DNA of 64,000 bases from Selaginella moellendorffii (taxonomy: Eukaryota > Plantae > Lycopodiophyta), in contig NW_003314343.1 in assembly GCF_000143415.4 (NCBI RefSeq), positions 310,813 through 374,812 on the forward strand, written 5' to 3'. Both the position numbers and the translations under genes were made by a program. Below are positions 50,790 through 64,000 of the stretch, in pieces. The number at the start of each line of letters is the position of its first letter. Position 1 is the first letter of the stretch. Under the pieces are notes generated by a model, which searched no databases, was not told the origin of the DNA, and saw nothing but the letters and a program-made list of their open reading frames with translations.

Positions 50790-51048
50790 TCACGAAGCGT
50801 TTCGATTGTTCGTAGCTAGCTACCGTCGAGAAGATCGAGAAGAGTGGCAGCAGCGGCAGCTTTCGTTGGTTCATCAAGTAAGCGCCCCTCGAAGTCGACA
50901 GGTCTCGTTTTTGTGCCTCTTTTGTGCTGCGCTGCTCGTGATTTTGGTACAAAATCTGTACAGAGGGATCTAGAGATACATTTCATTACAGGAAGAACAA
51001 AAAACAAAACAAAGAAAAAAGAAAAGAATAACAAAAACCAAAGCTTGG

Positions 51049-51480
51049 TCACCAAAAGACGAAGTCATCCTTCTTGGGACGCTTGTTAGTAATTGGAGGT
51101 GGTGTGATCTTTGGTTCTTCTTCTTCCAGTGGCACCAAGATCTTCTCCAGATCATTCCAGTCCACTTCTTCCTCATCGCCATCCTCGTAGACGATCCAGT
51201 ACCACTTGGTTTCCTTGTCGTAGCTCCTTACTTCACCGTTGTAGAGCTTCCGGCCGAATCTCTTCCTCACTTTGCGCCCTGTGAATTGGTCGAGTTCTTG
51301 CGATTGTGATGTAGTGGTAGCGCTCGGCTGTGGATGTGGATGTGGCTGGAGCTCACTTGTGCCCTCTAGCTCTCCTATCGATCTCTTTGTGGCACTCACA
51401 GCATTTTGATCCTCGGCCTTCTCCATGCTCTTTTCTTGCTGGAAGCTAATCGATTTCTTGGACTTTCGTAGCCGGGCCAT
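51049..51480 (-). CDS. Small protein with PTM/DIR17-like Tudor domain
   Basis: FTGRKVRKRFGRKLYNGEVRSYDKETKWYWIVYEDGDEEEVDW in a 143-aa ORF. Confidence 0.8.
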   Translation of the reverse strand: MARLRKSKKSISFQQEKSMEKAEDQNAVSATKRSIGELEGTSELQPHPHPQPSATTTSQSQELDQFTGRKVRKRFGRKLYNGEVRSYDKETKWYWIVYEDGDEEEVDWNDLEKILVPLEEEEPKITPPPITNKRPKKDDFVFW

Positions 51481-51727
51481 AGTGTCGATTCATTTCACGT
51501 TCTCCAGTACCTTGAGAGGAAGAGAAATGTGAGCGCTATGGCGCGGATCTCTCAATCAACTCGCCATAGCCAAGAGTGCGCCCTGCGAAACGAACGGTTG
51601 AGATGTCGTTGGACCAATCTAATCGCCTGATTTGAAAAAGAGCTAGGGTTTAAGTTAGGGCATGCAATGGCGACGGCATTCACGGCAATGGAGGTAGGCC
51701 TCGTGTAGACTGTCATTGATCGGAGAA

Positions 51728-54043
51728 ATGGCTCCTGGAGCGAATCCAAAGGAGAAGCCTCGATCGAAGAAGAAGAAGGTAGCTCAGGAATTAGAGAATG
51801 GAGCTCTAGAGGAGGCGCCGAAGCAGAAAACGAAGAAAACGAAGAAAGTTGACGATGCAAGTGAGACGCCGATAGCTGGGGACGGAGATTCATGCTTGGG
51901 GAAGCCTTCCAAATCTAGGAAGAAGGCCAGGAAGAGCACGGAGGCTGAGGCCGAGCAGGATCAAGACGCTGAGGTGCCAAGGAAGAACAAGGCAAAGAAA
52001 GGAAAGAGTGAAAAGGCAGAGAGTAAGGATGCCAAGCAGAGTATAGCTGAGGATGTAGAGCACGATCGAAAGGAGGGGGAAGAACAGGTTGCTAAGCAGC
52101 CGGAGGTACCAAAAAAGAAGAAATCAAAGAAAAGGACAGAGGAGTCTTCTGAGCAAGCCAATTCTGCTGAGGAAGTAGAGCCGGGGGTACCAAAAACAAA
52201 GAAGAAGATGGAAGAGGCTGCCACCAATGCTGAGGAAGGAGAGCTGGAGGTACCAAAAAAGAAGAAAACGAAGATCAAGATGGAGGAGAAGGAAGAGGCT
52301 GCTAAGCAAGACAATGCTGAGCCGGAGGTCCCGAAGAAGAGGACAAAGAAAAGGATGGAGAAGGAAGAGGTTGCTAAGCAAGCCATTGCTGAGGAAGTAG
52401 AGCCTGAGGTTCCAGATAAGATGAAAACGAAGATGGAGGAGAGCGATGAAGCTGCTAAGCAGGTTAAAGTCGATGAAGTAGAAACCGTTGCTCGTGTGCA
52501 AAAGAAAAGGAAGGCGAAGAAGGCCAAAGAGGAGAGCGAGCAGGTCCCCGAGGAGGCCACCATCGCACCTAGAAGTGGAGAGGTAGCAGAGTCAAAGGAT
52601 AAAGAGAAAATGCCGATGGAGGTGAGTGACGACGCTACGAAGCAGGTTAAAGTCGTTGCGCAGGTGCCAAAGAAAAAGAAGGCAAAGAAGACCAAAGAGG
52701 ATAGGGAGCGGGTCCCCGAGGAGGTCGGAAGTGGAGAAGTAACAGAGTCAAAGGATAAAGCGCAAAAGAAGAACGAAGAGGACTGTGACAAAAAGCAGAC
52801 CAAGCAGCGCGTTGGTGATGACGAACTAAAGCATGACGGGAAGCCGAAAAAGAAGAAAACAAAGGAGGGGGCCTCGAGCAGTGCTCCCGAGCTTGCAGAG
52901 ACGAATTCGATGAAGGAGCCCGAGGTTGCCAAAGAGGTGCCGAAGAAAAAGAAGCGAAAAACTGGAGGTGAGAAGCCGAATGTACCGGAGGTTGACGAGC
53001 CCAAAGAAAAGAACTCGGAAATTGACGGGGAGTCTGACGTGCTCGAGCACGCAGAGAAGGCCAATGAGAGCAAGGAGAACACAGATGGTGATATTGCATC
53101 GCAGCACGACACTGAGCGGAAGAGAAAAAAGGCAAAGAAGGAGCGTGAGAGTGGTGGAAAGAAGTCGAAGAAGAGTCCTGATACTGAGACTGAGGCGGAG
53201 CCTGAGAAACAGAAGAAGGTGAAGAACACTGACGAGACGAAGAGCCTAGTCGAGAGTTCGGAGCTTGCGGGCATACCGAAAACAAAGAAGTCGAGAAAGG
53301 CGAAAGAGGATGGCAACGGAAATGCGAACGCTGGCAGCATGCCACTCGAGAACCCAGAGCCTGAGGCACCGGCGAAGAAAAGGAAAGCAAAGAAGGGGAC
53401 GGAAAAGAACGAGGAAGAGAAACCACTGAAGGAGTGCTCTGCGACTGTGCCACCCGAAGAGCCAGAGGTCCCGAAAGTGGAAGATGAATCTTCTGACAAG
53501 CGTAGCAAAAAACGAGGTCGTGCAGCGGATCAAAACGGCAGCGAGTCTGACAGTAAGAAGGTACGTGAAAGCTCGTTCCTGTCATGTTTCTTTTCTAACT
53601 CCGTGCTCTTCGTCTAGCCGAAAGCTTTCCAGAGAGTGGATTCCTCGCAAGTAAGTAGGCTTTCTAGAACAAATCGCTTGAACGCTAACGCTAAACACTG
53701 CTCTACAGGTCGAGTTTGTAGATTCCAGGCTCCAAGACAATTCATACTGGGCAAAGGTAACTCTCACAGGCTACCTTGTGTTAAACTTCTTTGATCTGTG
53801 CGCTCGTTTCGTGGCCAGAGTGGTGCTGAGACGGGATGGGGTGCCAAGGCCCAGGAAGTTCTCGGTCAAGTGAGAGGAAGGTAAGTTCCATAGCTAAGTT
53901 TTTAACAAAGTTCCATTGCTCTAAGTTTTAACACCTTCTCCAGGGGCTTTCGACACGAGAAAACGAAGAAGAAGCGTGGATCTTACCGTGGTGGTACCAT
54001 CGATGGAGCTTCACACTCCATCAAGTTTGACTATGAGGATTAA
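51728..54043 (+). CDS. Lys/Glu-rich nucleolar protein with SRP40 C-terminal domain (Nopp140/Srp40-like)
   Basis: Long K/E-rich exon, then FQRVD|RLQDNSYWAK|GWGAKAQEVLGQVRGR|GFRHEKTKKKRGSYRGGTID...SIKFDYED*. Confidence 0.92.
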
Positions 54044-54140
54044 AGAGACCTATCGGAATTGTATGGTACTTAGTACCAAATTTTTTGGAATATGCTCGTC
54101 TCTTTGAGCGCCAAGGGAGGGTTTAGGGTTCCTGGCAGCC

Positions 54141-56632
54141 ATGGCGACGAGGCCCGTGGCGTGCGAGCAGAACGAGGGCTTGGCGCTCTACATCTACTGG
54201 AAGCGCGAGGAGCTGATGCAGAAGCCCAGCTTCAGCGACAATCTGGATGCCACATTCACGACGGCGTACAGGAATGTGTGCGATCACAAGGCGCCGATTT
54301 GTACCCTCAAAGAGGCTGCCAAGGTCAGGTGAGTGGCAGATTTTCTAGTGTTTTTCTTGTCCGACCGTTGCCATTCCAGAGGAATTGGCGCTTGGATGCT
54401 CAAGCAGCTCAAGGATTTTTTCGGTGATGGTTTGGAGCACGCTTCTCAAGAGAATGCTTCACAATGTATGTGAATTTTCTACTCTTTTTCCTTGTGATTT
54501 TCTTGACCAGGAGAGATTGACGCAGCGAAGAAGAGGAAAACAACGAGGAGATATTTACCACAGAAGAATTCAGCACCATATGCGTTATTAATCACTTTAT
54601 ACGGGTACTTTAATTCTAAAATGCATCGATCACTTCCATTCTTTTTGCTTTTGTTTGAGCAGAGGCTTTCTAAACGAAGGGAAGTCATACATGATGAAGC
54701 AAGAGCTCATTGACGCCGCAGAACTTAGCGGACTCTCTAAGATGCAAATTCAGTAAGAATTGGCTTGGTTTTTCTTCCTTCTTTTCCTGTATTTTTGTCA
54801 GCTCACAAGTTGTAGACAGGCCATCGAACAAAAACTCAAGTGGGAGTGGGCGATTTGGTGACTCTACCAAGGACTGGTACTCGGGCTGGTCGTCCATGAA
54901 GACGCTTATCTCGAAAGGACTTGTTGTCAAGTCGAGTTGTCCCGCGAAGTACGTTCTCCATGTTTTGTGGCCTCACTAGAATTGATAACGCGTGTTGCAA
55001 CAGGTACATGCTGACAGAAGAAGGCCATGAAACTGCAAAGGAGTGTTGCCTGAGAGGTGGTTTGCTGGATGCTTCCACAACATCAAAACAGACTTCTAGT
55101 CAGGCCCAGCCTACAAATGCTTCTCCTTCCACAAATCAAAACTCGTCCCAAAACCAGAGTTCTTCTCCAGTTTGCACTGTGAACCGAAATCCAGGTCCAA
55201 CTTATGCTGCTGTTGCTGCTGCTGCAAAGGCACCTACCATAATGCGGTGTGAGCGGCAGATAAAATCGAATGAGACTAGACTTCATGGAGCGGGTATGGC
55301 TTGTTCTATAGCATGTCTCACTGGTCCCTTACCTTTTTTTTTCGTTCCTTATCAACTTTGCAGATCAGGCAACACCAGTCACGGGTAGGCCTTTATTTTT
55401 GTCCAGGAGGATAATTTCTAAGTCTGTTTCACGGCAGGAACTGGAGCAAGCATCGGCAGCACAAAATCCTGTCTTGCTGTTCCTCCTCTGAGTGAGGGCG
55501 AAAGTTTCGCTAATGTATACAATGTTATCTTGATTTTGGATGACAGAGAATGCTTTACACGCGGTGGTAGGGGGTAAGTTATTCCTACCATGCTTATGAG
55601 GTGGTTCTAAGCATTGAGTTTTAGAACTTCGAAGTCAATGTTTGCCGAACGGTTGCGACAACAATACAAAGTAGATGTCGAGGTAAGCTGCGTTTGATTA
55701 TATGCGAGGTGTGCTCGTGTTTGAGTTTTTGCTCTCTTCGTTTTTTAGGTGAGACATCTACCAGTTGGAGACGCTACGTGGGTGGCGTACAACAAGCTCA
55801 CGAGGCAGGAGTTTGTATTGGACTTCATCGTGGAAAGGAAAGCGGTCGATGACCTGTGGTCGTCAATCAAAGATACTCGTTATAAGACGCAGAAACTAAG
55901 ACTATTGGTAAGCGCGACGTTCATTGCTCAGCCAAGCTTAACTTTTTTCATTGCAAACAGCGCTGCGGGATAACCCGGTTAATTTATCTTATTGAGGGCG
56001 ATCCAAATCTGATAGACGGCGCGGAAAGCATAAAAACTGCGTGAGTTTTTTGTTTCCTTTGAGGCTCACTCGTTTATCATCGATAACCAGAGCTCTGACA
56101 ACCGAAATACTTGAAGGATTCGACGTCCAGAGGACACGAGACACTCACGACACAATAAGCAGATATGGAGAGCTTACGAATGCAATCAACAGGCGTTACA
56201 GCGGTGAGACAGGTAGCTTGTCTGGTGAAAGCAAGCGATGCATGAGCTACCAGGAGTTCCTGGAGCACTGCAGCGACGTCGAGAAGGAAAGAGTGACAGA
56301 TGTGTTCGGGGTGCAACTCATGCAAGTAAGTCGACCGTGTTCGGCGCTTTATCATCTATCTGTGTGTGGTTTGTTACAGATAAGGCATGTAACGGAGGAC
56401 ATAGCTCTTTCCATCCTGGACAGGTATCCAACTGTGTTGGCTCTGGCTCAAGCATACACTGCGCTGGTAAGGATTTGTTTATTTTCTTGGAGTTAGGCTT
56501 ATATCTCGTTGACAGGAAGGAGATGTTTCCAAACAAAAGAATCTTTTGACAGGGCTTGGGATACTAAACAAGAACAAATCCATTAGCGGTGTAGTGAGCA
56601 GAAACGTTTACAACTTTTTCTGGGCTCCATGA
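54141..56632 (+). CDS. MUS81: Crossover junction endonuclease MUS81
   Basis: N-terminal HhH (GIGAWM), winged helix (YLPQKNSAPYALLITL, WYSGWSSMKTLI), ERCC4 nuclease (LILDDRE, HLPVGDATW, VERKAVDDLWSSIKDTRY) and C-terminal HhH. Confidence 0.93.
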
Positions 56633-56817
56633 CGATTTTTCTACTTGCAACCGTTGGCTAAAGGATAGTATACAGCTCTTTTGACTCCCTCAAATCACAT
56701 TATAACCCAGGCTGTGATCTTGCGAGCTCACACCGAGGTCAGCAAACAAGATTACCTGTTTCCTCATTAATGAAGCTTGCGTTTCGTCCAGGCATAGAAA
56801 TCTAGTCCGGTATCTAT

Positions 56818-59800
56818 TTAACGCCGCTGAAAGTTGAAGTGCTTGATGCAAAACGCGAAGACGAGGATAGAAAGGATGACAAATGCCACATGCACGCCGG
56901 CCATGAGGCCCAGAAAGTCGTAGCGAAAGTTGAACCTGTCCCTGATAAAATCCTCCACTCGGACTGGTGCTTGCTCTGGTATTTGCATGAAGGATTTCAC
57001 GTCTCCGAGCTGGGAAGTTATCAAGCCGTATAGAGTCCATGCAACGGGAGAAATCCAGTAATACCACTGCCACCACACGGGGATTTGCTGTATCGGTACA
57101 AAGCAAAACATGTTAACGAAGTAAGTATTTTCCAGTCTTTCTCTTACCGAGTATGGAATCAGGAATCCCGAGAAGAGGTTCCACATGATATAGAAGAACG
57201 ACGAAATAATGGCAGCGAATTGTCCATTCGGAGAGAGAGCAAGGATCATCATCCCGTAGAGCGTGAAGTACCAAAAACTGAAGAACGAGAAGAACATGAA
57301 CCAGAAGAACTTGACGACTGTCCACTCGAACTGGACCATTGGATAAACTACAAGCCCGAAGATTACTGTCTGAGTCAAGAGATAAGGGACCTCAATAACG
57401 ACCTGTGAATCCATTTTCAACTCGCATGAGAAAATAAAGAAAAGAAAGAACTCTTGTACCTGCGCGATCGCATATGGCAGCGGAGAATACATTCCAGCAG
57501 CTCTTTCTCGGTAATAAACGGTGCGTTCTATATCGACAACCGGTATCACAGATGCTGCGTTGTTCACTCCTACGAAGAGAACTACCAGATACAAAACGCC
57601 GGTGACGTTGAAGACGTCTTGCTGAGTATCCCTGCAATGCAAGCTTGTTTGGTATGACGAACAAGAATGAAGAAAGGAGATCGTGTACCTTTTGGATCCA
57701 CAGCCCCAGAAGATGACCCCAAACATAAGCGAGACGAAGGCAGTGAAGCAGAGGCGAACAAGTTGATACTGAGGATTTCTCCAGTATGACCAGTACTGCT
57801 TCCACAGGCATGCTTTGCACTGCTCCACAAAGGTCTGGGAGAATGTTGACGTGAAGTACAAGTCCTTAGAACCAGGAGCCGGAGTGCTGAGCTCCTCCAC
57901 GAGATCTTCATTGCGCCTGTGTATTAGATTGTTATTCAAGGCACCGTAACGCAAGACTCTGAACGCTTACTTGTACAGCGACGATTCCTTGTAGATCGTG
58001 GCGAAGTCTATCCTCAGCTGGCTCTCGACAGTTTGAGACGTTACATCTAGCATCCAAGTTGCTGGATTGATACCATCACCAATCTTTGGAATTCCCTCGA
58101 CGGCCTATATTTCATAAAGGTCAGTCAGATAGGCAGAGAAAGTTAACTTTTGGAGTACCTCGAGGTACTCAATCAGATGGCAAGAGTTTGTGCCCAATGG
58201 TCCTGCATAGATAACTTGGCCTCCACGTTTCATCAGCAAGAGCTTCACAATTCACAAAGTCATTCCCTCAGAAGTTGCAAATATATGTGGTCTTACGTAC
58301 CTCATCAAACATTTCGAAGATATCAATACTCGGTTGATGTATGGTACAGACAACGGTTCGGCCGGTTTTGACAGTGTTTCTGACGGCGCGCATGACCACC
58401 GCCGCAGCTCTTGCATCCAGTCCCGATGTTGGTTCATCCATAAAAATGATGGACGGATTCGCAACAAGCTCCACTGCAATTGTCAGCCGCTTCCTCTGCT
58501 CGGTGGAAAGCCCGCTGACCCCAGGAAGGCCAACAAGACCATTCTGGACGGGAGTGAGCTCCACAAGATTTAAGACTTCTTGAACAAACATCTGCAGTTA
58601 ATCCAGCCACCATTACGAGAATGAAAAGAACAATAAAACCACGCAAAACTTACCTTTCTGGTTCTGCTGTCAATCTCTTGAGACAGACGAAGCCATGCCG
58701 AGTAAGTAATTGATTCTCTTACTGTCACATATGGGGAGTGAATATCATTTTGCTCGCAGTATCCAGAGATTCGAGCAAATGTCTCTTGCTTTTTGGGAAA
58801 CCCGGAGATATTGACGCTTCCCTCGATGTACCCACCTGTCTTTCTGCCTGCAAGGACGTCCATCAGCGTTGTCTTTCCAGCACCACTCACGCCAACGAGT
58901 GCCGTAAGAACTCCTGGTCGGAAGGCTCCAGTAATGTCTTGTAGCAGCTGCAGCTTGTCGTCAGACACTCCTTGCTTCTTCATTTCCTGTTTTGCAATCC
59001 AGAATATGCGTCAAAACAAAAGGAAAATTCTTAAATGCACTCATACCAAAGGCATGTCAACGTAATAGTTGACATGGGAGAAAGAAATTGACAGGGGAGG
59101 AAACGGCAGCACCATCCCTGTTTTAGTTGCCAATGCCATTTCAATCCCTTCCACTGCTCAAGGTAAAGTGTCAACGAAAAGGAGAACAATGGAAAAACGT
59201 ACCGCTATCCCAGGTTTTACTGGCCTCGGAGACTGAAATGTCTTTGTCTTTAGTCTTTTCTTCCGAAATAGCTCCCCGAGAATTTTGGAAAGCTGGTATC
59301 AGAAACAGCAAGTTAGCAACTTGCACTACGCGCAAGAAAGAACTTACGATCAAGATAGCTTAATGCGACAATGTACAGGAAATTGTACACAGCTCCGAAC
59401 CCAAGCAAAGCTCCAACGCCAATCCAATACCAATACTCGTTCGGAAATAATCCACGAGATTTAAGGAAAGCAACTCCAACAGTATCTGAAGAATTAGAAG
59501 GCTACAACGAAGGTTTTGGTGAGCAACACAACAAACAGCAGCAAAGAAACATGTACTCTTTGCCAGCGATGGGCAAGAAACTCGTTGGCAGAGAGTGCAT
59601 TCTGCGCATAAGACAGCGGCGTACTCCAATAACCCCAAGTTAGCCAATTTGGAATGTTCTCTGCACAAACATTCTTGCTGAGCGAGAAGGAAAAGCGACC
59701 AACAATGTTTACCTCTGGACAAGATAAAGCCTCCTAGTGCGCACATAAGCAGGAACTGGAAAGAGCCTAGAGTGTTTGCCACAACTATAGTTCGAGACAG

Positions 59801-62360
59801 TGCGCCAACCATGCGAAACAATCCCAGCGACATAATATGGAGACAAATGAAGAGGAGGAACTGCTTGAAAAACCTGCAATAGCCGTGTAGGCAAATCAAC
59901 CATCACGTAAAGGAAACAATTACCTGCTAGCCTCTGGTGCGAAGCCTATAACATAGTAAGTGATGACGGTCCATATTGCAGAGTCCATAACAGACACCGG
60001 GATTTTCAAAAGTATGACTGGCAGTGCATACGCCCAAGCAGGATAGAACAAGAGGTCTCTCTGCTTGTAGAAAACTGGAAGATAAACGACGGTCATGGCC
60101 ATTTCAGCCATCCCATTGAAGGCCACGTTGAGCAGGCCATAAAACAAAGCACCAAGGTACTTGTTTCCATCACCGACGGTTTCATGATGCATTTCGGTAC
60201 GCAAAAACACTGTCATCCCGATGACTGAAATAATGCTAATCTGGAAAAAGAGATAAGAATGTTGAATATTGGGAGATAAAAGCAAAAAAAACAATAGTTG
60301 TTACCTGTACAGCCTTGAAAATGAAGAGAAACGAGTTTCTTCTCATCAACAGCCATTCTCTGGCAAGGCATGCCTGAAACAGTTCCCAGTTTGTTAATGA
60401 GAATTTCTCGGTAACCAGAGCCGCGGGATGGCTGGTTGACTTGTCAAACGGTCGTGATAACTCCGATACAAGTCGCTGACCCACGCTAAATTTTTTAAAC
60501 GCTTCAACGAAGTCCTCCACGGAGACGTATGAATATGGCTCATCCAATGCCCAGTATTGACTTTGATCTTTTCTCGAAGTCACCTGATGCATGAACTGGT
60601 GAGTAGAGCTTAAAACCAAGTCTAAAGTCAGACCTCTTGTAGGAAATCAGCGACGCCTTTTCTTTCTGGACATCGGAATCCCTGAGCCTCGAAGAATTCA
60701 AGAACAGTAGTACGAGGTCCTTGGTATACGATTTGGCCCTCGGATAAGAGAATAACGTCGTCAAACAGATCATATGTTTCAGGCGCCGGCTGCAGTAATG
60801 AGATGACCATAGTGCCACTCGTTGCATGAACGGATTGCTTGAGACACTTGACAATCTGATAAGTTGTTGAGCTGTCCAGACCAGTAGAAATCTCGTCCAT
60901 GAAAAATGCTTTTACGGGCCCAACAAGCATCTCCCCTGGACACAATTATAATCTTTGCTATTAAGAAAACTAAACAAGAAGATAACATACCTGTAGTGAC
61001 TCTTTTTTTCTGACCTCCGGAAATTCCTCTCAACATGTCATTCCCCACAAAGATGTCTCCGCAAATGTCGAGACCCAGAATCTATAAGTTGATACAATTT
61101 GAGAACATTCTCAACAAAAAAACAAGACTACCTTGAGAACATAGTCGGAAACTATACTTGTTCTTTGGCCTTGAATGGCTGAGGCCTGCAAATGCCAGCA
61201 CAAATCCAGGTCAGGATCACGAGCACAACATCACATACTTTCATAAACGCATCGATATCTGGATCTGGCTTGATTCCTGTTGCTCTCTCACGCTTGGCCA
61301 GTTCAGATAACATTTCTGCGTTGCAGGCAAGAGAAGTTGGAGTTTGTAGAGCAAGTAACAACAACATACTGACCGTATGAAGAGCCAACACCTTGGCAGC
61401 GCGATGAGAAGTCAAATGTCTCCCGTACTGTCAGTTCGCCCAGGTGTACGTCATTTTGACTTGTGTATGAAGCAGTTCGTTGAGGCACAAACTCGTGTAA
61501 TTCATGACCATTGTAGGTAACACTTCCAGTTACCTGCAAATTCTAAAGTTTAGGCAGTGCAATACGGTCCATTTCACTCTGACCTTCAAGTCATCCCTGA
61601 GCTTCCCAGAAAGAGCGAGAAGAAATGTGGTTCTTCCAGATCCGGGAGGTCCAAGGAGCAGTGTTATCCTGGAAAAGCTTCCCGATTTACGCAAGGAAAG
61701 AGATGGACATGAAACCGACCTCGATGGTTTTATTATCCCGCTAATGTTGTTTAGGACGGTAAGGGATCTTTTTCTGGTGGGGACAAGGCGCACCATGTCC
61801 AGTATGCTCTGCAGCATGCAGATTTGAGAAACATCGGACACAGGCAGATGAGTTAAAACCTCTATCCAGTTGAGTGTTGTGTTCCATAGCGTTGGCAAAG
61901 CCCTGCTTCCAACGTGAACGTGTGCAACGACATGAAGGCGTTTGAAACGAACTTCAATCTCAGGGAGTTTTAAGCCGACCCTGGACAAGAGTAGGAGATC
62001 TTAGTTTGAAAAGTCAAGCAAAAACAGGAGCGACAGATACCTGTCAATCCTATCCCGTAGCTTGGACAAGAACAGCTCGTTGTCTTCTTCGCCAATCCCA
62101 ATTATCGTCTGCACAATCCTCTGCTTGTGCTCAACACCGAGCTTTGAAAGATCGACCTGTTCAAGCCTGCTACCCGACACATCTTTGAGAATTGATGTTC
62201 TCAACCGGTTGTAAGTAGGCAGCTTCTCAAGTGCGGCCCACAGCAGTGCTTCCTCCTCATTTAGTTGTCTCTCACGAGTCGACGACCGTGAGAAGACCGT
62301 GCCTTCTCTCCGGGAGCTCCTCGTGAGCGGGTTGTTCCAGAGAGGATTGTCCGTTGACAT
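56818..62360 (-). CDS. Full-size ABCG (PDR-type) ABC transporter
   Basis: [95 protein letters not shown]; ends FNFQRR*. Confidence 0.96.
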
Positions 62361-62730
62361 TTGTGGTTAGGAAACGAGATCCAGAATTATCTATCGTCCC
62401 TGGATCAAGAAACACTTCACACAGATTTGAATCAACTCCAAAGAGTACCTCTTGATAGCGGCAGTGCATTATGTTCCTCCGGAGTCACCGATGGTTCTTT
62501 CAAACTATAGGACAAGAGAGCCAACCAGTCTCGTCGCCGCCGCAGTATGGAAATCAATATCCTGCTTGTCGTTTCCGACCGACTGACTGACTAGCTACAA
62601 TGCGGCAGCAGTGGGGTCAAGTCTTTGGTAGAGAACGAAAAGAATGAAATAAGAACAGATAAAAAACACGAAGTTCGCGAGACCAGCAAGCAGTGAAAAC
62701 AAACAAACAAACAAACCTGTCTGCTCAAAG

Positions 62731-63404
62731 TCAAGGGCCGGCGCCGTGGGCCTTGTATGGAAGCTCGCATGCCGGTTCGTGGCCTTTGGATTTATGGACA
62801 CCATTTCCAAGCGTCTCGGACACACTCTTACACCGGCATTGGAGCCCGGGACGTATCACGTTTCCATACACCGCCATCTCCACCAGGTCCAGCTCTCGCG
62901 CTGCCAAAACAAACAAGATATGCTGTGTGTATAGATTCACTGCGGAAGCTCAAGAGAAGGAAGAACACCAACCTGTGAACTTGAGATCACAAGAGTACTG
63001 CTGGAGTAGATGTTCGTCAGCGTCTTTGTTGCTCTTCAAGCGATTGACACGCGACTGCAAAATCTGGCAGTTGCTCACATCGGTCTCTCCTCCTGTATCC
63101 AAAAATTCACGCACAAAATTACAATGTGGCTGCGAGTGAGGAAGAGGAAGCAAAAGATCGAGAAGGAACCTTTGGAGAAGGGGCGAATGTGATCAAACTC
63201 GTAGCACATACAGCCCTCGCATCCAATGAACTTGCGGCACACCACATTTCCAGCTCCATCCTTGCGCCATCGCTCCGGATGCCGCCCGGGAACCACCTCC
63301 GCCTTCTCCCAGCACTGGCGGCGCATCTTCTCGTCGAAAAGCCGCAGCTTCCGCGCGGCATTGTCCGGCAGAGGCGACGAGGAGGACGAGGTTGCCTCCT
63401 CCAT
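62731..63404 (-). CDS. Plant HNH endonuclease-domain protein (3 exons)
   Basis: CWEKAEVVPGRHPERWRKD...YEFDHIRPFSK|GGETDVSNCQILQSRVNR|ELDLVEMAVYGNV. Confidence 0.9.
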
Positions 63405-63904
63405 CAAAATAAAACACTCTCAATCAAGAACCCTAAAATCAATGTCTCACTTTAGGTGGAGAATCTAGTCTGTGGCGCATTGATTCCCAGCCGGAGCTTC
63501 TCCGGATCGTACTCCATCCACAGATTTTGCTGCCGATGATGTTGCGCCGCGCGTCTGGAACGCCAGGCATAGTGTCGTGTGCTCCTCGCTGCTGCTCAAA
63601 TTGAGCGCATTGTTTGCTTTGTCTTCTAGAAGCAACTTAAGTTGGAAGCCATGCTTAACATCTGAGATTGACACGATCACAAGGTGGAAGATTCTACTTC
63701 CTTAGTGCAAGCGTAAGAAATCCAGGACTCGCCAGGAAAAGATGGAAGTTCCATCTATGATATCTCTCATAAGGTACTTGTGATCTTTCACATTCTATCT
63801 GTGGTTTTTGTGATCAAATGGAAGCCATTCGTCACAAGGAAAAGGCAAGCTTTCTTTCTTTGCTCTAACTTGTGCATACTTCGTTTCGATCGAGCAGCAA
63901 GATC

Positions 63905-64000
63905 ATGGGCGTAAAGAAGGACGTTTTGATCATCTGTGCGGTGGTGGTGGCGATGGTAGCAGCAGGAGTGCAGGGCGTGAAGCTACTCTCGGGGCTGTGC
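63905..64000 (+). CDS. Start of a probable secreted protein, truncated by the window end
   Basis: MGVKKDVLIICAVVVAMVAAGVQG-VKLLSGLC has a signal-peptide pattern; the frame is open to the edge. Confidence 0.5.
   Translation, partial: MGVKKDVLIICAVVVAMVAAGVQGVKLLSGLC

Noticed and set aside
51961-53585. Long antisense ORFs (515 aa and 312 aa)
   Set aside because: Shadow frames of the purine-rich K/E-coding exon on the plus strand.
63465-63780. Short minus-strand ORF with an acceptor-like site
   Set aside because: No recognisable domain and no convincing upstream exon or start.

Overview
Gene-dense plant nuclear DNA with very short introns (about 45-60 nt). The compact introns, an intronless PLS-class PPR gene and a flagellar-type tubulin glutamylase (TTLL9) point to a seed-free plant, most likely the lycophyte Selaginella; this is an inference. 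Left arm (1-19 kb): decayed Ty3/gypsy integrase, an atypical CCCH ORF, a rolling-stone-like membrane protein, APS kinase, an Hsp31-type DJ-1/PfpI enzyme, TTLL9, an LTI65/RD29-like acidic protein with ABREs, a CH-domain kinesin-14 with a 57-nt AT-AC U12 intron, and a WD40 gene. Centre (18.8-41.6 kb): a tandem segmental duplication carrying a GRWD1/Rrb1-like pseudogene and a CYP71-clan P450. The two P450 copies are about 99% identical while their flanks are far more diverged. The first copy holds nested retroelement debris: three copies of one LTR family (two solo LTRs with perfect 5-bp TSDs) and a 1.82-kb palindrome of two inverted LTR-like arms bounded by an apparent 5-bp TSD. Right arm (41.7-64 kb): PPR, NAD+ carrier, RPL10, MAPEG, a C-terminally short CBP60, a Tudor-like protein, an SRP40/Nopp140-like protein, MUS81, a full-size ABCG/PDR transporter and an HNH-domain protein. 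Exon models and identities were read by eye, so boundaries and percentages are approximate unless stated.
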